From a virus (taxonomy: Duplodnaviria; Caudoviricetes): 30,478 nucleotides of DNA. Position 1 is the first letter of the stretch. Every line of letters starts with the position of its first letter. The notes beneath the pieces are model-generated. The model did no database searches, was not told where the DNA came from, and saw nothing but the letters and a program-made list of their open reading frames with translations. Below are positions 1-7,544 of this stretch, piece by piece. The translations under genes and the position numbers were made by a program. The stretch covers positions 1 to 30,478 of IMG/VR virus record IMGVR_UViG_3300037420_001183, one strand, 5' to 3'.

Positions 1-2
1 CT

Positions 3-155
3 GCGCAAGCAGCCGGCGTTGCCCACCGCCCGGACGGTGAAGCCGTGATCGTCGGTCTGCACGTTGACTGCGGCGGCCTGATCTACCTGCAGCCCGACGG
101 CAGCTGGCTGTGCCGCGGCACGGCAAGACGGCGGTGCGGGGCGAGGTGGGTGTGA
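3..155 (+). CDS. 3' end of a small Zn-ribbon-like protein (partial, begins before the window)
   Basis: Frame 3 reads ...LHVDCGGLIYLQPDGSWLCRGTARRRCGARWV*; its TGA (153-155) overlaps the next GTG (GTGA). Confidence 0.55.
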   Translation, partial: AQAAGVAHRPDGEAVIVGLHVDCGGLIYLQPDGSWLCRGTARRRCGARWV

Positions 156-577
156 GCGACAAGCTCGACCGCGTGCGCACGTTCGCCGGTTTCGTTGAGG
201 CCGGGCTGGTCCGACTTCACGCGCCGACGCGCTGGGACGACGGCGACCTGCTGCTCGACGAGCGCGGCGAGATCGTGCCGGTGGAGAGCCTGCCACGCGT
301 GCTCGTGCCGGCGCCCGACTACGCGAAGATCGCCGATCGCGTTTACGGCCCCCAATGGAAGCGGCGCATCGTCGACGAGCTGGTCATGGTCCACCCTGCC
401 GACCTCGCGGCGACACGCCACCGGCTGCAGGAGCGATTGCTCGGCTACACGCCGCACCAGGTCATCATCGACGATCCCGACTGGTGGCCGACGAGTCTCG
501 AGCGCGGTGACCTGCTGCTCAGGATGCGCGCCGTCGCGCGCGGCGAGCGGCTCTCGCTGATCGGCGGTGCCCGGTGA
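152..577 (+). CDS. hypothetical phage protein
   Basis: Part of ORF 110..577; GTG at 152 follows GAGG (143-146); GTGA coupling at both ends. Confidence 0.65.
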   Translation: MSDKLDRVRTFAGFVEAGLVRLHAPTRWDDGDLLLDERGEIVPVESLPRVLVPAPDYAKIADRVYGPQWKRRIVDELVMVHPADLAATRHRLQERLLGYTPHQVIIDDPDWWPTSLERGDLLLRMRAVARGERLSLIGGAR

Positions 578-921
578 GCGACGCGACCCTCGACGCCCTG
601 GTCGCGCTGTTCCGCGAGGCCCGCGCGAGCGCCGAGCGGTTCGCGGTGCACGTCTCGTGGGCGGTGCCGCAGAACACCTGCCGCTACTGCGGCCGGCACT
701 GGAAGCGGTGGGCGGGCAGCCAGGTCGACGGCCATGCGGCCTGCATCGTCGGCGACGCGTTCAAGGCGCACCTGGCGCGCGTGCTCCGCGGCAACGCCCG
801 GCTGACGTATGCGAGGCTCGGCGTTGCGTTCAGTATCTCGCCGTCGATCATCCGCTCGTGGGTCGCGCCGCGCAGCGATCGGGGCCGAGACGCGCTGTAC
901 CTGCGCCGCGGCCCGCCTTAG
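574..921 (+). CDS. putative Zn-finger + helix-turn-helix DNA-binding protein
   Basis: CRYC...HAAC followed by HTH-like LTYARLGVAFSISPSIIRSWV; GTGA-coupled start. Confidence 0.6.
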   Translation: MSDATLDALVALFREARASAERFAVHVSWAVPQNTCRYCGRHWKRWAGSQVDGHAACIVGDAFKAHLARVLRGNARLTYARLGVAFSISPSIIRSWVAPRSDRGRDALYLRRGPP

Positions 922-1023
922 CCCAATGCGCGGCCGTCACGGCTTCCACCCCGAGCCGGTCGCTACGTCCTCAGAGCTCCCCAGCCCTTCAGTCGCGCAA
1001 CCACCATACGCGCGAGGGCTGAC

Positions 1024-1401
1024 ATGCGGCAATCGAAAGTAGAGAGCGGGGAGATCTCCGGATCCGACCGCGACCCCGGGGACGAGGACACGCAGCAGCG
1101 CTGTGCTGCTCGCGGCTTCCACGAGTTCGTGATGGGGCTTGCCGGTTGCCGCGTGTGCGGTGCGCCGGACGTGGGACGGCCTGCCATGGTGACGCTGCGC
1201 TACGACGCCCGACCGGTGAGCGAAAGCTTCCGGCGCTTGGCCGAGCGCATCGAGCTGGACACGCGGTCGCGGCCGCTGCCTTGGTGGCGCCGTCTCTGGT
1301 CGTGGCTCCGAGAGCTGACCCCGCTGGAGTGGACCGTGCTGGCGATCATCGTCGGCATGCTGGTCGGCGTCGTCCTGCAGCTCACCCGAGGTGCCCAATG
1401 A
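1024..1401 (+). CDS. hypothetical protein with Cys/His knuckle and C-terminal transmembrane helix
   Basis: CAARGFH...CRVCG motif; hydrophobic WTVLAIIVGMLVGVVLQL; GAGGG upstream; ATGA overlap with next gene. Confidence 0.6.
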   Translation: MRQSKVESGEISGSDRDPGDEDTQQRCAARGFHEFVMGLAGCRVCGAPDVGRPAMVTLRYDARPVSESFRRLAERIELDTRSRPLPWWRRLWSWLRELTPLEWTVLAIIVGMLVGVVLQLTRGAQ

Positions 1402-2081
1402 CGCTCTCCTCGGCAACCCGTGCTCCCATCGTCTCCGAGGCCGTGCCGGAATCCGTCCAGCCGCACGTCGAGAAACGCGCTTGCAAGCGGCGTGGTTGCC
1501 GCGTCGAGCCACGCGACGACTCCGAGTACTGCGATGAACACGCGCGCCGTCAGCGGCAGTACGACGCGGCGTACAAGGCCCGGCGGCGGGCTGCCTGGGC
1601 GCGCGCCAAACGGTGCACGCAGTGCGGGGCCGCCAAGCGCCGGCCCGGGTTCAAGCGCTGCTCGGCGTGCGTCGCAAAGGAACGAAAGGCGCTCCGCGGA
1701 TCTGTCCAACGCCAAGTCGAGAACAAGTCCGCCCGCATCGCCGCGCGGCTCATCGCCTGGGTCAACAGCCCGCAGAACGCGGGCCGGATGCGGCTCCGCG
1801 GCGGCACGCGCGGACGCCCGCGCATCGAGGACGAGAACCGGCTCGACCTCGAGGAGGTCCAGAAGGACTTCCCGGTCGCGGTGGACGCGCTGATCGACGC
1901 GGACGCCGAGTACCAGAAGCTCGTGCCCGCGATCCAGCGCCAGAACACGCGCGAAGCGGCGGCAGCTCGGTGGCTGCTCGTCGCGAAGTGGGCGCTCGTG
2001 ATCGCTCGGAGGAACGGCGGAGCGCTGCCCACGACGATCGCCGAGTTAATCGGCGATTCCGACGACGAGAGCGAGACTTAG
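1398..2081 (+). CDS. basic Zn-finger protein
   Basis: ATG at 1398 (ATGA overlap) within ORF 1146..2081; CKRRGC...YCDEH and CTQC...CSAC motifs; Arg-rich. Confidence 0.65.
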   Translation: MTLSSATRAPIVSEAVPESVQPHVEKRACKRRGCRVEPRDDSEYCDEHARRQRQYDAAYKARRRAAWARAKRCTQCGAAKRRPGFKRCSACVAKERKALRGSVQRQVENKSARIAARLIAWVNSPQNAGRMRLRGGTRGRPRIEDENRLDLEEVQKDFPVAVDALIDADAEYQKLVPAIQRQNTREAAAARWLLVAKWALVIARRNGGALPTTIAELIGDSDDESET

Positions 2082-2085
2082 GCGA
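2048..2085 (+). promoter_or_regulatory. degenerate copy of the late-promoter motif before the small terminase
   Basis: TAATCGGCGA (6/9 match to AATCGACCC), then CGAGACT at 2072-2078, 6 nt, ATG at 2085. Confidence 0.4.
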
Positions 2086-2627
2086 TGTCGGGCGATGAAC
2101 CGAAGCGGCCGGGACAGCGCGGCGCGGGCCGTCCGTTCGAGAAGGGCCGGAGCGGGAACCCAAACGGGAAGATCTCGCTGAAGAACGACCTAAAGCGGGC
2201 GGTCGCGATCGGCACGCTGCCCGAGCTGCACCGCGTTCTCGACGAGTGGTTCGGCGAAGCGTCCGCGAAGCTGGCCGAGCTCGGGCCCGACGGGTTCATC
2301 GCGGGGCTGCGCGAGGCGATCCGCGAGGCGATGGCGCTCGACCTGCCGGTCACGCCCGAGGACGCGCGCGCGCAGTGGTGGCGTACCCTGCTGCCGGTCG
2401 CGTTCGCGGGCCCGAGCGGCACGAAGGACTCCGTCTGGACCTACGCCCAGCAGGAGGTCGGCGTTCGGCTCCTCGGCAAGCCGAAGGAGCACGTCGTGCT
2501 CGAGGAAGGCGCGGCGCCGCCGGTGGACTGGAAGCGCGTCCCCGAGTCCGAGCGCGAGGAGCTCCAGGCCGCGATGCTCAAGCTCCTGGGCTATCTCGGC
2601 GAGCCCGAGAGCATGACGGAGCACTGA
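2085..2627 (+). CDS. terS: terminase small subunit (DUF5681-like N-terminus)
   Basis: GRPFEKGRSGNPNG motif; directly upstream of TerL. Confidence 0.75.
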   Translation: MSGDEPKRPGQRGAGRPFEKGRSGNPNGKISLKNDLKRAVAIGTLPELHRVLDEWFGEASAKLAELGPDGFIAGLREAIREAMALDLPVTPEDARAQWWRTLLPVAFAGPSGTKDSVWTYAQQEVGVRLLGKPKEHVVLEEGAAPPVDWKRVPESEREELQAAMLKLLGYLGEPESMTEH

Positions 2628-2628
2628 C

Positions 2629-4134
2629 GTGTTCGACCTCTCGCGGCTCACGCGAGCCGACCTCCAGCGCTACAGCACCGAGATCAGCCAGTCGCTCGCC
2701 GAGGAACGACTGCGTAACTACACGCGCCTCATGTGGCACGTCATCGAGCCGAGCCGGCCGCTGGTGGGCGGCTGGGCGATGGACGCGATCGACGAGCATC
2801 TCGAGGCCGTTACCAACGGGCGGATCAAGTACCTGTTGATCAACGTCCCGCCGGGGTTCCGAAAGTCGCTGGAGACGTGCGTGTTCTGGCCGTCGTGGGA
2901 GTGGGGCCCGCGCCGGCGCGCCGACCTGCGGTATGGCTTCATCGGCTACCGGTCCGCGCTCACCGAACCGAACAACGTGAAGCTCCGGCGGCTCGTCTCG
3001 AGCGAGCTCTATCGGCAGCTCTGGCCGCACGTCGCCATCGCCGAGGACCAGAACACCAAGGTGTTCTTCGAGACGACCGAGACCGGCTCTGCGCTCGCCA
3101 CGTCGATCGGCGGCACGGTCATGGGCAAGCGCTGGGACCGCTGGGTGCTCGACGATCCGAACAACACGAAGGAAGTCGACAGCGACGCGAAGCTCACCGA
3201 AGCGCGCCTGTTCGTCACCGAGGTGCTGCCGACCCGCGTCAACGACGAGCGCACGGTGGCCGGCGTGACGATCATGCAGCGCACCGGCGAGCGCGACGTC
3301 GCCGGGCTGTTGCTCGAGAACGAGCTCGTCGACTGCCACCTATGCATCCCGATGGAGTGGCGCACGGGGCACCCGTACATCCACTACCCGGACCGCTGCA
3401 CGGCCATCGGCTGGTGCGATCCGCGTCGCGAGGAGGGCGAGCTCGCGTTCCCCGAGCGGTTCCCGCGCGAGTCCGTCGACCGGCTCAAGAAAGCCCTCAG
3501 CGCCGAGGGCGGCGACTACGCCGTCGCTGCCCAGCTCGACATGGTGCCGGTCCCGCGCGGCGGCGGCATGTTCGACGAGACGTGGTTCGACAGGTTCTGC
3601 GACGAGCACGAGGTGCCAGCCGGTGTGACCGTCCGAGGCTGGGACATCGCGGCGAGCAAGGGGCCGAAGTCGCCGTTCACGGCGAGCGCGAAGATCCGGA
3701 TCGCGTCGAACGGGACCGTGTACCTGATGGACGTCACGAACGAGCGGATCGACGCGGCCGGGTTCGAAGAGCATCTCGTCGCGGTGTCGCTTGCCGACTC
3801 GCCGGACACGATCATCGACGTGCCGCAGGATCCAGGGCCGTCAGCGAAGATCCTGGTGACCTCGCTCGCGCGACGGCTGCACGGCCGGACGTACCTGTAC
3901 TCGCCCGAGGACGGCGCGAAGGACACGCGCGCGATGCCGTTCGCGGCGCAGTGCAAGGCGAAGAACGTCGTGCTCGTGCGAGGCGCGTGGAACAAGCCGT
4001 TCATCCAGCAGGCGAAGTCGTTCCCGCGCGGCATGTTCAAGGACATCATCGACGCGTGCTCCCGCGCGTATGCGCGGGCGGTCGCGCACGCCTCGATGGC
4101 GTCGCCGGTGGGCGGCCGGCTGCGCGTGCTGTAA
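2629..4134 (+). CDS. terL: terminase large subunit
   Basis: Walker A-like INVPPGFRKS, Walker B WVLDD, coupling motif IMQR, RNase H-like VRGWDIAAS and KDIIDA. Confidence 0.95.
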   Translation: MFDLSRLTRADLQRYSTEISQSLAEERLRNYTRLMWHVIEPSRPLVGGWAMDAIDEHLEAVTNGRIKYLLINVPPGFRKSLETCVFWPSWEWGPRRRADLRYGFIGYRSALTEPNNVKLRRLVSSELYRQLWPHVAIAEDQNTKVFFETTETGSALATSIGGTVMGKRWDRWVLDDPNNTKEVDSDAKLTEARLFVTEVLPTRVNDERTVAGVTIMQRTGERDVAGLLLENELVDCHLCIPMEWRTGHPYIHYPDRCTAIGWCDPRREEGELAFPERFPRESVDRLKKALSAEGGDYAVAAQLDMVPVPRGGGMFDETWFDRFCDEHEVPAGVTVRGWDIAASKGPKSPFTASAKIRIASNGTVYLMDVTNERIDAAGFEEHLVAVSLADSPDTIIDVPQDPGPSAKILVTSLARRLHGRTYLYSPEDGAKDTRAMPFAAQCKAKNVVLVRGAWNKPFIQQAKSFPRGMFKDIIDACSRAYARAVAHASMASPVGGRLRVL

Positions 4135-4171
4135 TCGACCCATCGGCACAGCATCGGCGACACACGGTGTG
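4133..4171 (+). promoter_or_regulatory. late-promoter motif copy 1 (portal, leaderless)
   Basis: AATCGACCC 4133-4141 overlapping the terL TAA; CGACACA at 4158; GTG at +38. Confidence 0.75.
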
Positions 4172-5637
4172 TGAACGGAGACCGCACGGCCAAGGGACGG
4201 TTCGCACCGGGCAATCAGGCTGCGCGTGTCGCGAAGGCGAAGCAGGCGCCCGGCTCGACCGGCGTCATCGCCTACGGCGGGTGGGTCCAGACGGGCGATC
4301 CGTCGTCGCTGTCCGGCACGCGGAAGTGGGTCGAGTACGCGAACGCGTTCTCGCGGCCGCCTGTCGCGATCGCTCTTTTGCTCCGCTCCGCGCTGCTGTC
4401 CGGCGCGAAGTGGTCGCTGCACGAGAACGCCGCCGGCGGCAAGGGTGCGAAGCAGGGCGTCGACGTCATCCAGCAGGGGCTGCTCGACGCCGACCTGGAC
4501 GAGCCGTGGAACGAGGTCGTCGCGCGTGCTGCGATGAGCTACTTCCACGGCGCGTCGATCCACGCGTTTTCACTCGCGCGGCGCCCCGACGGTTTGGTCG
4601 CGGTGAACGAGCTCGGCCATCGGCCGATGTCGACCATTCTCCGGTGGCTGCGCGCGGCGGACAACATGCCGTTCGATTCCGTCGAGCAGCAGACGCCGGA
4701 CGGCAAGCTGTGGCCGATCCCACTGAGTGAGTGCCTGTACATCCGCGAAGGTGTCATGTCGGACAGCCCCGAGGGGGTCGGCGTTCTGCGGTTGATCGTC
4801 GAGCGCATCCGTCGCATCCACAAGTACGAGGCGCTCGAGGGCTCGGAGATGTTCTCGTCGATGGGCGGGCTGCCGATCGCACGTGCGCCGCTCGAAGAGA
4901 TCCGAAACGACGTCAAGGGACTACCGGCGGACAAGCAGGAAGCCGAGATCGATCGCCGCACCGACGCTCTCGAGACCGCGGTGAAGAACCGGATCAAGAC
5001 GCCCGAGAAGCAGCAGTACCTGCTCCTCGACTCGGCGACGTTCAAGGGCGCCGACCCGAACGAGATCACGACCGTGCCGAAGTGGGCGCTCGAGATCGTC
5101 AAGGGCGACCTCCAGGGCCTCGCCGACATCCGCAAAACCATCAACGACCTCGATCTCGACCTAGCGCGCATCCTCGGCGTCGAGTTCGCCTACGTCGGTG
5201 GCGGCTCGTCGTCGGGCACGTACGGCATGCACGAGAGCAAGGTCGGCGTGTTCCAGGCGTCGCTGCAGTCGGGTCTCAACCGGATTGCACAGCGCGCGAT
5301 GCGCCAGCTCGTGCGGCCGATCATCAAGGCGAACGGTCTCGATCCGGACACGTGCTCGCCGACGCTCGTCCCGGAGAAGATCACGATCTCGGCGGTGCTT
5401 GAGGCGACCCAGGCACTGGCGAACATGACACTCGCCGGGCTGCGGCCCGACGACCCGGCGCGCAACGTGATCCGTGAGCGCCTCGACCTGCCGCCCGAGC
5501 CGGATCCGGCGCCCGCGCTGATGCTGCCGCGCGGCCGAGTGCCGGCGGATCCGAACGCACCCAAGCCCGAGGATATCCCGCCGGCCGACCCGGAGCCGAT
5601 GCCCGACGTCACCGAGAAGCGGAGGAAGCGCCGATGA
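4171..5637 (+). CDS. portal protein (DUF935/Mu gp29-like)
   Basis: Position after TerL, 488 aa, motifs SPEGVGVLR, MGGLPIAR, SGTYGMHESK, IRERLDLP; Pro-rich tail. Confidence 0.85.
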   Translation: MNGDRTAKGRFAPGNQAARVAKAKQAPGSTGVIAYGGWVQTGDPSSLSGTRKWVEYANAFSRPPVAIALLLRSALLSGAKWSLHENAAGGKGAKQGVDVIQQGLLDADLDEPWNEVVARAAMSYFHGASIHAFSLARRPDGLVAVNELGHRPMSTILRWLRAADNMPFDSVEQQTPDGKLWPIPLSECLYIREGVMSDSPEGVGVLRLIVERIRRIHKYEALEGSEMFSSMGGLPIARAPLEEIRNDVKGLPADKQEAEIDRRTDALETAVKNRIKTPEKQQYLLLDSATFKGADPNEITTVPKWALEIVKGDLQGLADIRKTINDLDLDLARILGVEFAYVGGGSSSGTYGMHESKVGVFQASLQSGLNRIAQRAMRQLVRPIIKANGLDPDTCSPTLVPEKITISAVLEATQALANMTLAGLRPDDPARNVIRERLDLPPEPDPAPALMLPRGRVPADPNAPKPEDIPPADPEPMPDVTEKRRKRR

Positions 5638-6164
5638 GCGAGAGCATCAGCGTGACCGGCGTTTCGACGCCCGTCACTATCTACGGGACGTTCAACGCGG
5701 CGAAGGACTACGTCGCGGTCATGTACGGCGCCGCTTACGCGGCGTGGACCGCGCTGACCGACGACCAGAAGAAGCAGACGCTGATCGCTGCGCTGCGCTA
5801 CCTCGAGCAGCAGGCGTGGGACGCCGATACCGCGGCGGACTTCGCGACTCGCGACGCGATCGCTGCGTTCCCGCAGGCTGAGTACGAGCTAGCCGTGCTG
5901 ATCGCGGACGACGCGAGCATGACGCAGAACGCGGACGCGAGCTCGAACATCCGCGCGGTCGGTGCCGGATCGGCACGCGTCGAGTTCTTCAACCCGACGA
6001 GCGTGCAGAGCGGCACGGCGTCGGTGCTGCCACCGATCGTGATGCGGCTCGTCGGCCAGTACCTGGCCGCAGCGACGGTTGGCGTCGGCGCGAGCGGCCA
6101 GAGCGGCGACTGCGAGAACCCGTTCTCGCGGTGCGCGGACTTCGATCGCAAGGTGCCCTACTGA
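5634..6164 (+). CDS. head-tail adaptor (DnaT-like phage family)
   Basis: YGTFNAAKDY...KKQTLIAALRYLE...AEYELA...VGAGSARVEF pattern typical of this adaptor family. Confidence 0.7.
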   Translation: MSESISVTGVSTPVTIYGTFNAAKDYVAVMYGAAYAAWTALTDDQKKQTLIAALRYLEQQAWDADTAADFATRDAIAAFPQAEYELAVLIADDASMTQNADASSNIRAVGAGSARVEFFNPTSVQSGTASVLPPIVMRLVGQYLAAATVGVGASGQSGDCENPFSRCADFDRKVPY

Positions 6165-6553
6165 TGGGCATCAACATCGCGAAGGAGCTACGCAAGGGCC
6201 TGAAGGCGGTTGGTTCGACCGTCGGCCTACGCGCTGCCACGCTCGTGAAGCAGACGCCTGGCACGCGCTCGTCGGGAAATCTCAGCGCCGGCACGAACCC
6301 GACATCGACGAGCTACCCCTGCGAGGCGCTGATCGAGCAGGCCACGGCTAAGAACGTCGGCGACACGCTCGTCGCCCAGGCCGAGCGCTTCATCGGCATC
6401 ATCGGCGCGTCGCTGCCCAAGGGTATCGTTCCGATCGCCGAAGACCGGATCACGCTGGTCGATATCGACAAGGTCAGCAAGACGTTCCGGCTCGTCGCGC
6501 CGGTGTCTTCGGATGGCGTGGGTGCGATGTACGAGTTCGCGGCGAGGAAGTGA
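6164..6553 (+). CDS. putative head closure / head-tail joining protein
   Basis: ATG 6164 overlaps TGA (TGATG); 129 aa, beta-rich, follows the adaptor. Confidence 0.6.
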   Translation: MGINIAKELRKGLKAVGSTVGLRAATLVKQTPGTRSSGNLSAGTNPTSTSYPCEALIEQATAKNVGDTLVAQAERFIGIIGASLPKGIVPIAEDRITLVDIDKVSKTFRLVAPVSSDGVGAMYEFAARK

Positions 6554-6556
6554 GCC

Positions 6557-7501
6557 ATGTCCGAGCGCGACATGCAGAAGCTGCTCGACATCGTCGAGGC
6601 TCACCTCGGCGGGCAGTGGGTCGACCTGATCGACTGGCTGCGTCAACAGAACACCCTCGACGAGATCGAGCGTCGCCTCGCGGCCCACGACTACACCGGC
6701 GTGATCCAGGCCGTCGACGACGCCGCGCTGAAGTTCGCCGCCGAGACGCACGCCGCGTACGTCCGCGCCGGGCAGACGGCCAGCGAGTGGCTGAACTCGC
6801 AGCTCGAGGACGCGCTCGTGCGCTTCGACCAGACCTCGCCAGCCGTCCTGCAGGCCGCCCGCGAGAACCAGTACCAGCTCGCGCAGGGCATGGCGTCCGA
6901 GACGCGGCAGGTGATCCAGCAGGTCATCTACGACGGTACGGTGCGCTCGGCGAACCCGCGCGACATCGCGCGCGACTTGCGCGACAGCATCGGTCTCGCC
7001 CCGAACCAAGAGGCCGCGGTGCGCTCGTACCGCCGCGCGCTCGAGAACGGCGACTTCGGCAACGCGCTCGGCCGCGAGCTGTCGAGCGGGCACAGCGACC
7101 GTACGATCGCCGCAGCACGTGACGCCGACCGTACGCTGACCGACCAGCAGATCGACCTCGCCGTCGAGCGTTACCGGGCGTCGCAGGTCCAGTACCGTGC
7201 CGAGACCATCGCGAGGACCGAGACGCTGCGGAACGTCCACTCGGGGGTGTCCGCCGCGTACGAGCAGGCGATCGCGCGCGGCGACGTCGACGCTGACGAG
7301 CTCGTGAAGGAGTGGATCCACGCGGGGCGCGGCCGCTACTCGAGGCCGGACCACGTCGCGCTGGACGGCACGAGCGTCGGATTCCGCGACACGTTCGACG
7401 TCGGCGGGACGCGGATGAAGTTCCCGGGCGACCCGGCGGGCGGGGCGGACCAGACCGCGAACTGCAGATGCACGTTCGCGACGACTATCCGCGTCGCTTG
7501 A
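6557..7501 (+). CDS. minor head protein, MuF/SPP1 gp7 family
   Basis: RAETIARTE, KEWIH, RPDHVALDG, FPGDP...ANCRCT. Confidence 0.92.
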   Translation: MSERDMQKLLDIVEAHLGGQWVDLIDWLRQQNTLDEIERRLAAHDYTGVIQAVDDAALKFAAETHAAYVRAGQTASEWLNSQLEDALVRFDQTSPAVLQAARENQYQLAQGMASETRQVIQQVIYDGTVRSANPRDIARDLRDSIGLAPNQEAAVRSYRRALENGDFGNALGRELSSGHSDRTIAAARDADRTLTDQQIDLAVERYRASQVQYRAETIARTETLRNVHSGVSAAYEQAIARGDVDADELVKEWIHAGRGRYSRPDHVALDGTSVGFRDTFDVGGTRMKFPGDPAGGADQTANCRCTFATTIRVA

Positions 7502-7505
7502 GCGA

Positions 7506-7544
7506 AATCGACCCGCTGTGCCACCGCGCGCCACCTTGGCCGCA
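7506..7544 (+). promoter_or_regulatory. late-promoter motif copy 2 (protease, leaderless)
   Basis: AATCGACCC 7506-7514; CCACCTT at 7531; ATG at +38; no SD. Confidence 0.8.

Noticed and set aside
922-1023. Intergenic stretch with short inverted repeats (GCCGT-C-ACGGC; CGGCT...AGCCG) as a tRNA or ncRNA
   Set aside because: No cloverleaf or T-loop consensus; 5-bp GC stems are expected by chance at this GC content.
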